Source of the DNA: an uncultured Verrucomicrobiae bacterium
Lineage (GTDB): Bacteria; Verrucomicrobiota; Verrucomicrobiia; Limisphaerales; Palsa-1400
Assembly (NCBI GenBank): GCA_963707025.1
Contig: CAVPOM010000006.1
Location: forward strand, 352,001 to 416,000
Direction: 5' to 3'
Length of the DNA stretch: 64,000 bases
A model generated the notes under the pieces. That model did not search any database. It worked only from the letters and a program-made list of their open reading frames with translations, and was not told the DNA's origin. Below, one piece after another: positions 1 through 9,404 of this stretch (position 1 is its first letter; each line of letters opens with the position of its first letter). The translations under genes were made by a program, and so were the position numbers.

Positions 1-76
1 GAGACGGACTGAAAAAAGATTGAGTGGTTGGCAGCATTTTGCCGTCCAATCAACGATTTAAGTGGACAACGATCCA

Positions 77-820
77 ATGAAGAAACCAACAATCCGGAAT
101 CCGCGCGAGGGAATGACCGCTTTTACGCTCATTGAGCTTCTGGTAGTGATTGCGATTATCGCGATACTGGCCAGCATGCTCTTGCCGGCTCTGGCCCAGG
201 CCAAGGAAACGGCCAAACGCATCCGTTGCACCAGCAACCAGCATCAGTTGAGCGTGGCGCTGATGCTGTATTGCCAGGATTACAGCGGCGATTTTCCTCC
301 CCGCCCCAACGACAACCTGGGCGGCTCCTCCCCCCGCTGGCCGACTTACGTGTATCCGGATTATCAAGTTCTGAAGCTGCTGGTGTGTCCGAGCGAAACG
401 GGCCTGTTTCCGGCCACCTATGGCACCAACTTTCCCAATTTCCAGGATCAGGCGCCGCGCTCTTATTTTATCAACGGCTTCAACGACGGCTACGCCGCCA
501 AGTATGGCGCCTGGCAGACCAACGGCGTGCCCTTGCCTTTCCTGGCGGAAACCGATGTGCAACAGCCGTCGGACACGGCCATCTTTGGCGAGAAACTGTA
601 TGGGGCAGGGGACTTTTTCATGGATTACTTCGATATTGACGACGGCCTGAGATTGGACCAGGCCAAACACAGCCGGTGCTTGAGCAACACCAACCTGGGC
701 GGCTCCGTCTATGCCTTTGTGGATGGCAGCACGCGCTTCCTCAGAGTCAACCAGAGCCTGAGTCCGGTGGTGCTGTGGTGTACCGTCCCCATCTATCGCT
801 CCGGCACCACCCCGCCTTGA
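77..820 (+). CDS. Prepilin-type N-terminal cleavage/methylation domain protein (PVC DUF1559/H-X9-DG-like family)
   Basis: [30 protein letters not shown]-terminus, C-x-x-N-x-x-Q motif, C-terminal H...FVDG. ATG at 77 preferred over GTG at 62. Confidence 0.9.
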   Translation: MKKPTIRNPREGMTAFTLIELLVVIAIIAILASMLLPALAQAKETAKRIRCTSNQHQLSVALMLYCQDYSGDFPPRPNDNLGGSSPRWPTYVYPDYQVLKLLVCPSETGLFPATYGTNFPNFQDQAPRSYFINGFNDGYAAKYGAWQTNGVPLPFLAETDVQQPSDTAIFGEKLYGAGDFFMDYFDIDDGLRLDQAKHSRCLSNTNLGGSVYAFVDGSTRFLRVNQSLSPVVLWCTVPIYRSGTTPP

Positions 821-1018
821 CCGTACCCATGCAGAAGAGAACCGCTGATGGACACTGATGGACGCGGATTCTACGGCGCAGAAAAGGAGTTGTCTCCGTG
901 CTTCTTTCGGTCACGATTTGGCGGCTGCATCCAGCCACGGGAAAAAGCCCATCGTCGCGTTGTCTTATCCGTGTTTATCTGCGTTCATCCCTGGTTCCAA
1001 TTACATCGTTCCGGTTTG
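821..1018. repeat. Imperfect palindromic intergenic element with short tandem units (gatggacact-type at left, atccgtgtttatctgcgttcatc at right)
   Basis: Left and right tandem units are reverse-complementary; related units recur at about 25820, 27386-27482 and 51890. Confidence 0.6.
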
Positions 1019-1037
1019 AGCCGCCCCTGGCGCAGCC

Positions 1038-1484
1038 TCATTTGGGAATGACTGGGGCCGTAAAAGGCTTGGAGACGCCTTTGAGCGGGCAGGCGGATAT
1101 TTCCATCACGTACTTTTGACCCGCGACGAGCGGCTCGGGCCGCACGCCTTTAAGGTCCGGTTCCATGCCTTGGATATTCTGCCCGTATTGGAAGATCTTG
1201 ACCGGCTCGGAAACGTTCTTGGAGACCAGGTGCCAGAGGACCCGCGCCACGGCGTTGGTGGGATTGCTGTCCAACGCGGTCACTTTGATGCTGGTCAGCC
1301 GGTAGGAGGTGTCAAGCGTGAACCAAACCGGAAAAATGGAGGCATTGCCGGCGCGGCGGGGCAATTGGCGGATGGAAGGAAAGATCTGAATCTCCCGTTT
1401 CTCACCCCAATGGCTGAAAAAATAAAAGTAAGCGCCGATCACCAGGAGCAGCACCACGATCCAGCCTATTTCTCGTTTTTGCAT
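1038..1484 (-). CDS. Hypothetical protein with N-terminal membrane anchor
   Basis: 148 aa ORF; hydrophobic segment IGWIVVLLLVIGAYFYFF; host-like codon usage. Confidence 0.75.
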   Translation of the reverse strand: MQKREIGWIVVLLLVIGAYFYFFSHWGEKREIQIFPSIRQLPRRAGNASIFPVWFTLDTSYRLTSIKVTALDSNPTNAVARVLWHLVSKNVSEPVKIFQYGQNIQGMEPDLKGVRPEPLVAGQKYVMEISACPLKGVSKPFTAPVIPK

Positions 1485-1583
1485 TCGTCAGCGGGGTTCG
1501 ATTCGAACCCGGCGGGATTATGGATGAGGGCCGCGCAACTTTAAACTTTTATTTTTCGATTTCAAACCTTAAACCGGGTGGTG

Positions 1584-2387
1584 ATGATCGCCCTGTTTGA
1601 CATCGGCAACACCCGCACGCACATCGGCCTGGCCAATGCCAGCCGGGTGCTGCGGCAGATCCACCTTTGGACCGCGGACTGGTCGAATGGCCGCGCGGAG
1701 AACGGCGCCATGAGATTTTTTCGCGGCATTTCCCTCCACGGCGCGGCTTTTTGCAGTGTGGTCCCGGCGGTGACCCCGCTGGTTTCTTTCCTCCTCCGGG
1801 AGAAACTGGGGGTGGCGGCGCTGGCGCTGACGGCCCGGACGGTGCGCGGCATGGGAATTGATTACCCCAAACCGCAGACCATCGGTCCCGACCGGCTGGC
1901 CAACGCCATGGCCGCCCGACACGCTTACGGCGCTCCGGTGGTGGTGGTGGATTTCGGCACGGCGGTGACCTTTGACATTGTGGACCGGCGGGGCAATTAC
2001 ATCGGCGGCATCATCGCGCCGGGCCTGGAGGTGATGACCGATTATTTGCATGAGAAAACGGCCTTGCTCCCGCGCATCAAAATCCGCGACGTGCCGGCCC
2101 TGGTGGGCAAGAATACCGAACAAGCCATGTTGATCGGCGCGGTCCATGGCTATCGCGGCCTCATCCGCGAGTTGCTCGCCCAAATCAAACGCGCCCTCCG
2201 CTGCCGCGACCTGCCGGTTGTCGCCACCGGTGGCTATGCCCGCGTCATCGCCGCCCGCTTGCCGGAAATCACCGCCGTGGCGCCGCTGCTCACGCTGGAT
2301 GGCCTGCGTCTGGCCTGGGAGGCCCGCCGGGAGGACGAGGAGGGCAAAGGCGGCGAACGGCCCTGCCTCCTTTCCCGCGCGGATTGA
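1584..2387 (+). CDS. coaX: Type III pantothenate kinase
   Basis: Motifs DIGNT, IGPDR, VDFGTAVTFD, GGIIAPG, ATGG. Confidence 0.95.
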   Translation: MIALFDIGNTRTHIGLANASRVLRQIHLWTADWSNGRAENGAMRFFRGISLHGAAFCSVVPAVTPLVSFLLREKLGVAALALTARTVRGMGIDYPKPQTIGPDRLANAMAARHAYGAPVVVVDFGTAVTFDIVDRRGNYIGGIIAPGLEVMTDYLHEKTALLPRIKIRDVPALVGKNTEQAMLIGAVHGYRGLIRELLAQIKRALRCRDLPVVATGGYARVIAARLPEITAVAPLLTLDGLRLAWEARREDEEGKGGERPCLLSRAD

Positions 2388-2438
2388 GAGGGAGGTGGAT
2401 GGGCGGGCGCATCCCCCCTTTCTCGACACGGCGTCTTA

Positions 2439-2549
2439 ATTGCCAATGGCCGATTTTCAATCGCCAATTTTCAATTCTGAGAAGGCACGAGGCCGTACTC
2501 CCGACCGGGAATCGAGAATTTGTCATTGAGGATTTGTTATTGGTCATTC
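2439..2549. repeat. Degenerate 7-mer tandem repeats (ttttcaa/atggcc; ttgtcat/ttggtcat)
   Basis: aattgccaatggccgattttcaatcgccaattttcaatt and gaatttgtcattgaggatttgttattggtcatt between coaX and trpA. Confidence 0.5.
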
Positions 2550-2669
2550 AGTGTTTTGATGATTGGTCCAAGACCCCGTTGAGCCGGAAGGAAGCCTCGA
2601 CCAAGCCGGGATGCGCCCGCCGGTTTCCCAGCCTTGCCGCAAGGCTTGATTCTTGCCAATGTGCCCGTG

Positions 2670-3476
2670 ATGAATCGCATTATCCAACGCTTCGCCCGCC
2701 TGAAGAAACAGGGCCGGGCGGGATTTATTGTTTACATTGGCGCGGGGGATCCCAATCTGGAGGCGACCGCCGAACTGGCCCTGGCCTTTGACCGCGCGGG
2801 CGTGGATGTTTTGGAACTGGGCGTTCCGTTCAGCGATCCCCTGGCCGACGGATTGGTCAACCAACTGGCGGCGCAACGCGGCCTGGCCTCGGGCACCACG
2901 CCCGGCAAAGTCCTCCAAACCGTGGCCGGCATCCGGCAGAAATCGCAAATTCCCATCGTCCTCTATATTTATTTCAATCTCATTCACCGGCACGGCCTGG
3001 AAAAATTTGTGCGCGACGCGGCGGCGGCGGGGGTGGACGGGCTGCTCGCCCTGGATTTGCCGCCCGAGGAATCCGAGAATTACGAGGCCCTGATGCGCCA
3101 GGCCGGCCTGTGCGTGATTTACCTGGTCGCCCCGACCACGCCGGAGGAGCGCATCGAATTGATCGTGAAACGGGCCACCGGATTTGTCTATTACGTTTCG
3201 CGCGAAGGGGTGACCGGGATGCAGGAGAAAGTGTCCGACACCATTGGGGCCATGACCGCCCGCCTTCGCGCCCACACCGATTTGCCCATTGCCGTCGGTT
3301 TTGGCATTTCCACGCCGGCGCAGGCCAAAGCCGTGGCGGCCTGGGCCGATGCGGTGGTGGTGGGCAGCGCGGTGGTCAATCAAATCGCCCGCCACGGCCG
3401 GTCGCCCGATTTGATCGCGCGGGTGGTGGAGTTCACCGCCGCGCTGATCCAGGCTGTCAAACAGCCGCCGCTGTGA
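2670..3476 (+). CDS. trpA: Tryptophan synthase alpha subunit
   Basis: Motifs LELGVPFSDPLADG, DLPPEE, YVSREGVTG, VGFGIS, VVGSA. Confidence 0.97.
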   Translation: MNRIIQRFARLKKQGRAGFIVYIGAGDPNLEATAELALAFDRAGVDVLELGVPFSDPLADGLVNQLAAQRGLASGTTPGKVLQTVAGIRQKSQIPIVLYIYFNLIHRHGLEKFVRDAAAAGVDGLLALDLPPEESENYEALMRQAGLCVIYLVAPTTPEERIELIVKRATGFVYYVSREGVTGMQEKVSDTIGAMTARLRAHTDLPIAVGFGISTPAQAKAVAAWADAVVVGSAVVNQIARHGRSPDLIARVVEFTAALIQAVKQPPL

Positions 3477-3487
3477 AACGCATTGGC

Positions 3488-3733
3488 TTACCTCGAAAGC
3501 TCGTCCATTTTAGAGAACCAGTGGTGCCCGTTTTCGCAGACCAGTTCAACTCGGCCCTCGCTATCGCGGTTGGTTTCTTGCTCTTCCCAGCAGGCTTCGG
3601 TGTAGCCCGAATAATCCGCTGTTCCGTCGGAACCGAGATCAAATTCAGCGCACGCGGGCACCGTTTCGACCGTCCCGCGCGCGGGTGAATTGCAGTCCGG
3701 GCAATCGGGGATCTCTATGTTTAGCTTTGCCAT
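3488..3733 (-). CDS. Small acidic hypothetical protein, possible Zn-binding (CPDC ... CENGH)
   Basis: About 81 aa ORF divergent from the RM operon; CxxC and CxxxH motifs. Confidence 0.65.
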   Translation of the reverse strand: MAKLNIEIPDCPDCNSPARGTVETVPACAEFDLGSDGTADYSGYTEACWEEQETNRDSEGRVELVCENGHHWFSKMDELSR

Positions 3734-3927
3734 ATACATTCAGGTTGTTTTGCTTTTGACCGGCTTTCTGGCGGCTTGGCACGTTCAGGCGTTTGATTAT
3801 CCTGGCTTGGTTTTTCGCGTCAACTTGATAATAATGGCCGCGCTTCTAAAGCCGAATAATTTGTGAGAACATTAAAACAAAACAGCGAGCAGTTTTTGCC
3901 CATCATGGCGGTCAAACAGATGCCTTT

Positions 3928-5334
3928 ATGAAACAGGTTGCCAAGAGGAAGCAAGCGAAAGACGCGCCGATGCTGTTGAAAGACGAGCAAATTGCGATGT
4001 GGGCAATACCGGTGGCGGAACGCCGCAAGAAAGTCACCGTTCTGCCAGTGGACATGGACAGCCCTGAGCAACAGGAACGAGCCAGGCTGGAGAACAAATA
4101 TAGCCGTCTTTTTGAGGAAAGGCCGGAGTGCCGGCGGCTGGTCACGTACGTTCTCAACAAAACGTTGCCGCTCTACAACTGGTTCAAATACAAGGAAGGT
4201 TTTTCAAGGGAACTCGTGGTTCGGCTGTTCAGAGAATTTGTCTTACAGGCAGGCGACATGGTGTTTGACCCGTTCCTTGGATGCGGCACCACCTTGCTGG
4301 CGGGAAAAGAGTTCGGCATTCACGGGGTTGGAATCAACATGCTTCCGATTTCCGTTTTCGTTGCCCAGACGAAACTGACGGAATGGCCGGACATTGATCT
4401 ATTGCTGCGCGCCGTCCAGAAGCTGACATCAACGCCGTTTCGCGAGCCAGTTTCGAGCTTTCCTGATGTCCGCATTGTCAACCTTGCCTTCACAAAGGAG
4501 ACGCAGCGCGAGTTGCTTTTTTTCAAGGAGGAAATCGAGACTTTTGAGCAGCCGGCTCGAAATTTTCTCATGCTCGGATTGCTCAGCATTCTGGAAAACG
4601 TCAGCAGCACCTCAAAGGACGGCCAGTTTTTGCGGCTCGTGGAAAAAATAATTCCGCCCGTCCGGGATGCGCTCCGTTCCGTCCTGGCGCAGATGATTCA
4701 TGACCTTTCGGAGATTCGAATGTTTGGTTTTCCGGCGCAGACGAGGGCCAAAACGCTTGTTTTGCAGGGAGATGCCCGGGAAATGTGCCTGCCGCAGAAA
4801 TACATCGGAAAGGTTTGTGCGGTCATCACTTCACCCCCCTACCTGAATCGGTACGACTATTCTCGAACCTATGCTTTGGAATTGTGCCTGTTAACGGTCA
4901 AATCGCACAAGGACATGGTCAATGTGCGGCACAGTCTGCTCCGCTCGCATGTCGAGAGTCGCGAGCACGAGGGAAAAGGGATTAACCTGCCCGCCTTGGA
5001 GGAGGTTCTGCGCGGGGTGCGGGCGAAACCCTTGAACAATGAACGGCTGCCGATCATGATTGAAGGCTATTTTGAAGACATGAACCTTGTCATCCGCAAC
5101 ATATCGGCTTATTTGAAGCCAGGCGGGCGGGTGGCTTTGGTGGTGGCCAACGCGCAGTTTAACGGCGAAAGCGTGCCGACCGACTTGATGTTATGCGAAC
5201 TCGCCGAGGAGTACGGCTTGGCGACGGAATCCATCTGGGTGACGCGCTATAAAGGAAACAGCTCGCAGCAAATGGCGATTTACGGACGGCGTCCCGTCAG
5301 GGAGACCATAGTCTTTTGGAGGAAACATGGCTGA
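3928..5334 (+). CDS. Type II DNA methyltransferase, probably N4-cytosine
   Basis: WFKYKEGFS; motif I DPFLGCGTT precedes catalytic TSPPY; lower GC than flanks. Confidence 0.9.
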   Translation: MKQVAKRKQAKDAPMLLKDEQIAMWAIPVAERRKKVTVLPVDMDSPEQQERARLENKYSRLFEERPECRRLVTYVLNKTLPLYNWFKYKEGFSRELVVRLFREFVLQAGDMVFDPFLGCGTTLLAGKEFGIHGVGINMLPISVFVAQTKLTEWPDIDLLLRAVQKLTSTPFREPVSSFPDVRIVNLAFTKETQRELLFFKEEIETFEQPARNFLMLGLLSILENVSSTSKDGQFLRLVEKIIPPVRDALRSVLAQMIHDLSEIRMFGFPAQTRAKTLVLQGDAREMCLPQKYIGKVCAVITSPPYLNRYDYSRTYALELCLLTVKSHKDMVNVRHSLLRSHVESREHEGKGINLPALEEVLRGVRAKPLNNERLPIMIEGYFEDMNLVIRNISAYLKPGGRVALVVANAQFNGESVPTDLMLCELAEEYGLATESIWVTRYKGNSSQQMAIYGRRPVRETIVFWRKHG

Positions 5335-6259
5335 ACACATTCAATCCGAACTGGCGGAACGTTACCTTTCGCGTGCGGGATTTTTTTGGCGGCAAGTGCG
5401 GGATTCTCGCTTCATTGATTGGCAGAAACAAGCACGGAACGCATCGTGGAAGACCCTTGTCTGGAACTGGAGCGAACTTGGAATTTCGGACGCTGGGCGC
5501 GAAGGGGCCCAACACTTGGGGTTCGTCGCGATTGAGGTATTCGCTCATCCCGACATTCTTTCTGCCCACCCGGAACTGGCAGAGTATTATCGGCTCATGG
5601 CCTGCCTGCCGAACAAAGGGCTGGCCCAGATCAAATCTGGCGCTCCGAGCCATGATACAATTGCGCTCTGCAGGTTGCTTAATGGGTTTTTATCCTCCCT
5701 GTTGGCAACCACCGTCAAAGCCAGCCGCGAGAGCCTGCTCTACACGGTTTTTGCCGAGGCCGGAGCCGAATGGCAGGGTTCCTGGGTCAATTCCATTGGC
5801 TTGAAGGCGTCCCAGGCGCTTGAACAGATCATCGCCAACTATGCCGCAGAACGGAAGTTGTTGGACACAGTGGAAACGGCAAAGCTGCTCAAAAAGCACC
5901 GCGGTCTTGTATTAAAGAGTGGAACGGTGCTCGTTTTCGGTTCGGAGCCGGATGTGGAATGTCGCAACAAGAAGGGCGAGTTGATTTGTGTGATCGAGAT
6001 CAAAGGAAGCGCCGACAAGGCGGGTGCGCAAACACGTCTGGGCGAAACGATGAAATCGTTCACGAAGGCAAAACTCGAGAATCCCCGGTGCCACACGATT
6101 TTCCTTCCCAGCGTTCTGACCGCGGCGGTGGAAAAGCAGTTGAAAACCGAGCGGGATATTGACCAGGTTTTTGATTTGTTGGCGATTCTTAGAGACGAAG
6201 AAAAGCGGGCCGCGTTTTTGGAGGAGCTTTTTAAGTTTCATCTGCGCGAAAAGATTTAA
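5327..6259 (+). CDS. Type II restriction endonuclease, XcyI-like family
   Basis: Overlaps the MTase stop. EPDV...IEIKG PD-(D/E)xK core followed by RLGE.xKS..KAK, and QGSWVNSIG, recalled as XcyI/Cfr9I-family features. Confidence 0.8.
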   Translation: MAEHIQSELAERYLSRAGFFWRQVRDSRFIDWQKQARNASWKTLVWNWSELGISDAGREGAQHLGFVAIEVFAHPDILSAHPELAEYYRLMACLPNKGLAQIKSGAPSHDTIALCRLLNGFLSSLLATTVKASRESLLYTVFAEAGAEWQGSWVNSIGLKASQALEQIIANYAAERKLLDTVETAKLLKKHRGLVLKSGTVLVFGSEPDVECRNKKGELICVIEIKGSADKAGAQTRLGETMKSFTKAKLENPRCHTIFLPSVLTAAVEKQLKTERDIDQVFDLLAILRDEEKRAAFLEELFKFHLREKI

Positions 6260-6271
6260 TCACGTTCATTT

Positions 6272-7399
6272 GTGAAAACAGCAAAACAAAATAGCGAGCG
6301 GTTTGTCATCATCATGGCGGGGGGACGCGGAGAGCGGTTTTGGCCGGTCAGCCGCGAGAAAACGCCCAAGCAATTGATCACGTTGCTGGGCAAGCGATCT
6401 TTCCTCCAACAAGCGGTGGACCGTGTGCTGCCGCTGGTTCCACCGGATAATATCCTGATCATCACCAACGCGGCGCAGGCGGCGGTGGTGCGCAAACAAC
6501 TGCCCAAACTCCCCGCCGGAAATGTCGTGGCCGAGCCGGTCGGGCGCGATACGTGCGCGGCCGTCGCGCTCGGCGCGGCGATTGCGGGGCAGCGCTCCAC
6601 CAGCGCCGTGATGGCGGTGCTGCCGGCGGACCACGTCATTCCGGAAGAGAAGAAATTCCAGCAGGTCCTGGCCGATTCTTTTGACCTGGCCGGCCGCGGG
6701 CAGGTGATGGTGACCATCGGCATCAAGCCGACCGAGGCGGCCACCGGCTACGGTTACATTCGGGTGGGACAGGTCCTGCCCGCGCCGCACGGGGTGAAGC
6801 CGTATCAGACCATTTTTTTCAAAGCGGAGCAGTTCGTGGAGAAACCGCATTTTGAGCGGGCGCAGGAATATGTGAGCAGCGGCCAGTACCGGTGGAACGC
6901 GGGCATGTTCGTCTGGTCGTTCGTGACGATCACGCAAGGATTGGAAATGCATCAGCCGGGGCTGGCCGCGGCCTGCCAGCGCTGGTTCCAGGCGGCAGGC
7001 ACGCCCAGGCTGGCCAAAATTCTGGCGAAGGAATATCCCGCGCTGCCGAAGATCTCCATTGACTACGCGCTCATGGAGCACGCGCAGAACGTGGTGGTGG
7101 CGGACGGTTCGTTTGCGTGGGACGATTTGGGTTCGTGGAACGCGCTGGGCCGGCATCTGCCCGCGGATGCGGAGGGGAACTGCGCGGCGGCGGATTTCAT
7201 CCACGTCGGCGCGGAGGGAAACATTATATTTGACGCGAGAACCAAAAACCGCACGCCCATCGCCGTGGTCGGGCTGCGCCATGCCATTTTGGTGCAAACG
7301 GACGACGCGGTGTTGCTGGCCCACAAAAGCCAGGCGCAGAAGGTGAAAGAGCTGGTCAAGAAACTGGCGGACGACAAGAAATACAGGAAGCTGGTTTAG
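6272..7399 (+). CDS. manC: Mannose-1-phosphate guanylyltransferase
   Basis: IMAGGRGERFWPVSR, PKQ, EPVGRDT, PADH, FVEKP, WNAGMF, SIDYALME, WDDLGSW. Confidence 0.95.
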   Translation: MKTAKQNSERFVIIMAGGRGERFWPVSREKTPKQLITLLGKRSFLQQAVDRVLPLVPPDNILIITNAAQAAVVRKQLPKLPAGNVVAEPVGRDTCAAVALGAAIAGQRSTSAVMAVLPADHVIPEEKKFQQVLADSFDLAGRGQVMVTIGIKPTEAATGYGYIRVGQVLPAPHGVKPYQTIFFKAEQFVEKPHFERAQEYVSSGQYRWNAGMFVWSFVTITQGLEMHQPGLAAACQRWFQAAGTPRLAKILAKEYPALPKISIDYALMEHAQNVVVADGSFAWDDLGSWNALGRHLPADAEGNCAAADFIHVGAEGNIIFDARTKNRTPIAVVGLRHAILVQTDDAVLLAHKSQAQKVKELVKKLADDKKYRKLV

Positions 7400-7464
7400 G
7401 AATCGCGGTTGGCGGATTGGAAAAGAGGGAGCACATCCGTTATATTGAGAAACCGCAATCTTCC

Positions 7465-7543
7465 CCCTCGCCCGCGGGAGCGGGAGAGGGTGGCGAAGCC
7501 GGGTGAGGGCGCCCAGGCTCGCGCTCCAAGATTTCCAATCCGC
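7465..7543 (+). repeat. REP-like CCCTC..GAGGG element, left copy of an inverted pair flanking the ECF gene
   Basis: ccctcgcccgcgggagcgggagagggtggc...gcccaggctcgcgctc matches the reverse complement of 9311-9392. Confidence 0.85.
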
Positions 7544-7570
7544 AATCCGCAATAGCCGCCCCGTTCCACC

Positions 7571-9265
7571 TCACTGGCCGGCGGGGACGGCGTTGGAATC
7601 TGTTCCCATCAGTTTTTGCATCATCGGCATCATCGTTTTGACCAGACCAAGAAAATTGGTTTGGGAATTGCCAAGCGATTGAAGCTGGTCGGGAGAAAGA
7701 AAGCCGGCGGCTTGTTGATAGACGCGCTGATTAATCTGGTCTTGCACTTGAAGGGTTTGTTCCATTTGGGCGGCGGAGTCGCCCACCTGGAGCACGGCCG
7801 GTTTGCCCGTGTTGGGGTCCAGGGCCAAGTTGGAGTTTTTCCGTTCGTTGATCATGAGCTGGAGAAGGCGCTGTTGTTGGTCTTCGGTCAGCGGATTGTC
7901 GGTGAAACTGGTTTTCATTTGCTCAAATATCTGGCGGTCGGGAAGGGTGGCTTGAAACTCCTGAAACTGGGCAGCCCCGTTCTCGCCGAGCAACAGCCGC
8001 ATCTGCTCCTGCAAACCTTTTTGCGCGTCGGCCAGGGCGCCGAAGGCGGCGGGTTTGTTGGAGCCGCTCATCACCTCCATGCCTTGAACCATGGCGTTGG
8101 TCAGGTTGTCGGTGATCAGCTTATAAAAGGCGTCGCGCTGGTCGGGCGTGAGGTTGAGTTGTTTAACCAGCGGGGCGTATTGAGTTTTCATCAGTTGGGC
8201 TTGCTGGTCCCCCATGGCTTTGATGAGGTCCGGGTCCTTCATTATGTTTTCCATCAAGCTGCCGTGGCCTTTGCCCTCGGCAAGAACCAGGGGGGGATTG
8301 ACGTCCGCCACCGGAGCCGGGGCGGCGGCCTTGCGCGCGACCGACTGGGTGGATTGGCGCACGATGCTGCGGAGCGACTGTGCCATGGTTTCATCGCGTG
8401 TTTCCAACTCCCTGATGGAGGCCAGTTGCTTTTCGCTTTGTTGCGAGGCCCGCTCGAGCTGGCCTTGCAGCGCGACTGTTTCCTGGTGCTGATTGTCAAT
8501 TTTCGCCCATTGCAGGGCAATGACGGCGACGGCGGCGGTGCCGACGGCGAGGTGAAGCTTTGTCCAGGCCATAAGTTTGAGGGTTCCTTTCGCCAGGGTG
8601 AGTGTGGAAGCGGTCAAAGCCGAACCCTGGCAGGCGGCGGCGATGACGGCGGTGGAAAGTCCGGCCGGGGCGGCCTGGATGGAATGCGCGGAAATAGCCG
8701 CGCCCAAAGCCGTGGCGGAAAGAGTGACCCCGCGCTTGAGGAAAAAGGCGCGCAGTTTTTCCAAGGCGCGGTTGACGCGCATTTTGGCGGCGTCGTCGCT
8801 CGCGCCCAGGGCGGCGCCGACTTCCTTCAACGGTTTGTTTTCAAAATAGCGCAGCACGATGGCGTTGCGATCGGCCTCGCTCAAGCCGGACATGGCCTGC
8901 TCCAGGAGGGGGCCGACCCGGGTCCAGTCGTCCGGCCCCGGTTCGTTCAAGGTGGATTGCATATAGGCTTGCTGTTCGCGGTGTTGGCGGCGAATTTCGC
9001 GCCGGAGCGCATTGCAGGCGGTGAGCCGGGCCGTCTGGTAGAGCCAGCCGGAAAGGACGGTTCCCCGCCGCAATGATTTCGCCTTCCGCGCCAACACCAA
9101 AAAAACGGCCTGGGTGATTTCCTCCGCTTCCTCCCGGTTGCCGATCTGCCGGAAGGCGGCCGAATAAACCAGGTTGATATAGCGTGAGACGAGGGTGGAA
9201 AAAGCCGCTTCGGAATTTCGGGCGGCGTATTCCTCCAACAATTGCATGTCATCCAGCATCAGCAT
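7571..9265 (-). CDS. ECF-family sigma-70 factor with transmembrane helix and long C-terminal extension
   Basis: DDMQLLEEY..SEAAFSTLVSRY, AEEITQAVFLVLARKA, DRNAIVLRYFE, AAKMRVNRALEKLR, then TM LAVGTAAVAVIAL and a helical C-terminal region. Start reassigned to 9265. Confidence 0.92.
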   Translation of the reverse strand: MLMLDDMQLLEEYAARNSEAAFSTLVSRYINLVYSAAFRQIGNREEAEEITQAVFLVLARKAKSLRRGTVLSGWLYQTARLTACNALRREIRRQHREQQAYMQSTLNEPGPDDWTRVGPLLEQAMSGLSEADRNAIVLRYFENKPLKEVGAALGASDDAAKMRVNRALEKLRAFFLKRGVTLSATALGAAISAHSIQAAPAGLSTAVIAAACQGSALTASTLTLAKGTLKLMAWTKLHLAVGTAAVAVIALQWAKIDNQHQETVALQGQLERASQQSEKQLASIRELETRDETMAQSLRSIVRQSTQSVARKAAAPAPVADVNPPLVLAEGKGHGSLMENIMKDPDLIKAMGDQQAQLMKTQYAPLVKQLNLTPDQRDAFYKLITDNLTNAMVQGMEVMSGSNKPAAFGALADAQKGLQEQMRLLLGENGAAQFQEFQATLPDRQIFEQMKTSFTDNPLTEDQQQRLLQLMINERKNSNLALDPNTGKPAVLQVGDSAAQMEQTLQVQDQINQRVYQQAAGFLSPDQLQSLGNSQTNFLGLVKTMMPMMQKLMGTDSNAVPAGQ

Positions 9266-9276
9266 CTGCTTAATAA

Positions 9277-9302
9277 TGTCCGCCCAACCGAAAAAGGGAA
9301 CA
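9277..9302 (-). promoter_or_regulatory. Candidate ECF-type (autoregulatory) promoter TGTTCC-N16-GACA
   Basis: Minus strand tgttccctttttcggttgggcggaca about 12 nt before the ECF start; function inferred. Confidence 0.35.
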
Positions 9303-9310
9303 TGATAATC

Positions 9311-9392
9311 GCGGATGGCGGATTTTAGAGCGCGAGCCTGCGCGCCCTCGCCCGGCCTGACGGCCACCCTCTCCCGCTCCCGCGGGCGAGGG
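9311..9392 (-). repeat. REP-like element, right (inverted) copy
   Basis: Reverse complement of 7465-7543 with few substitutions. Confidence 0.85.
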
Positions 9393-9404
9393 CTGGCCTT
9401 CAGC

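Noticed and set aside
1490..1515. tRNA fragment (gggttcgattcgaaccc)
   Set aside because: Only a short palindrome; no cloverleaf or CCA end.
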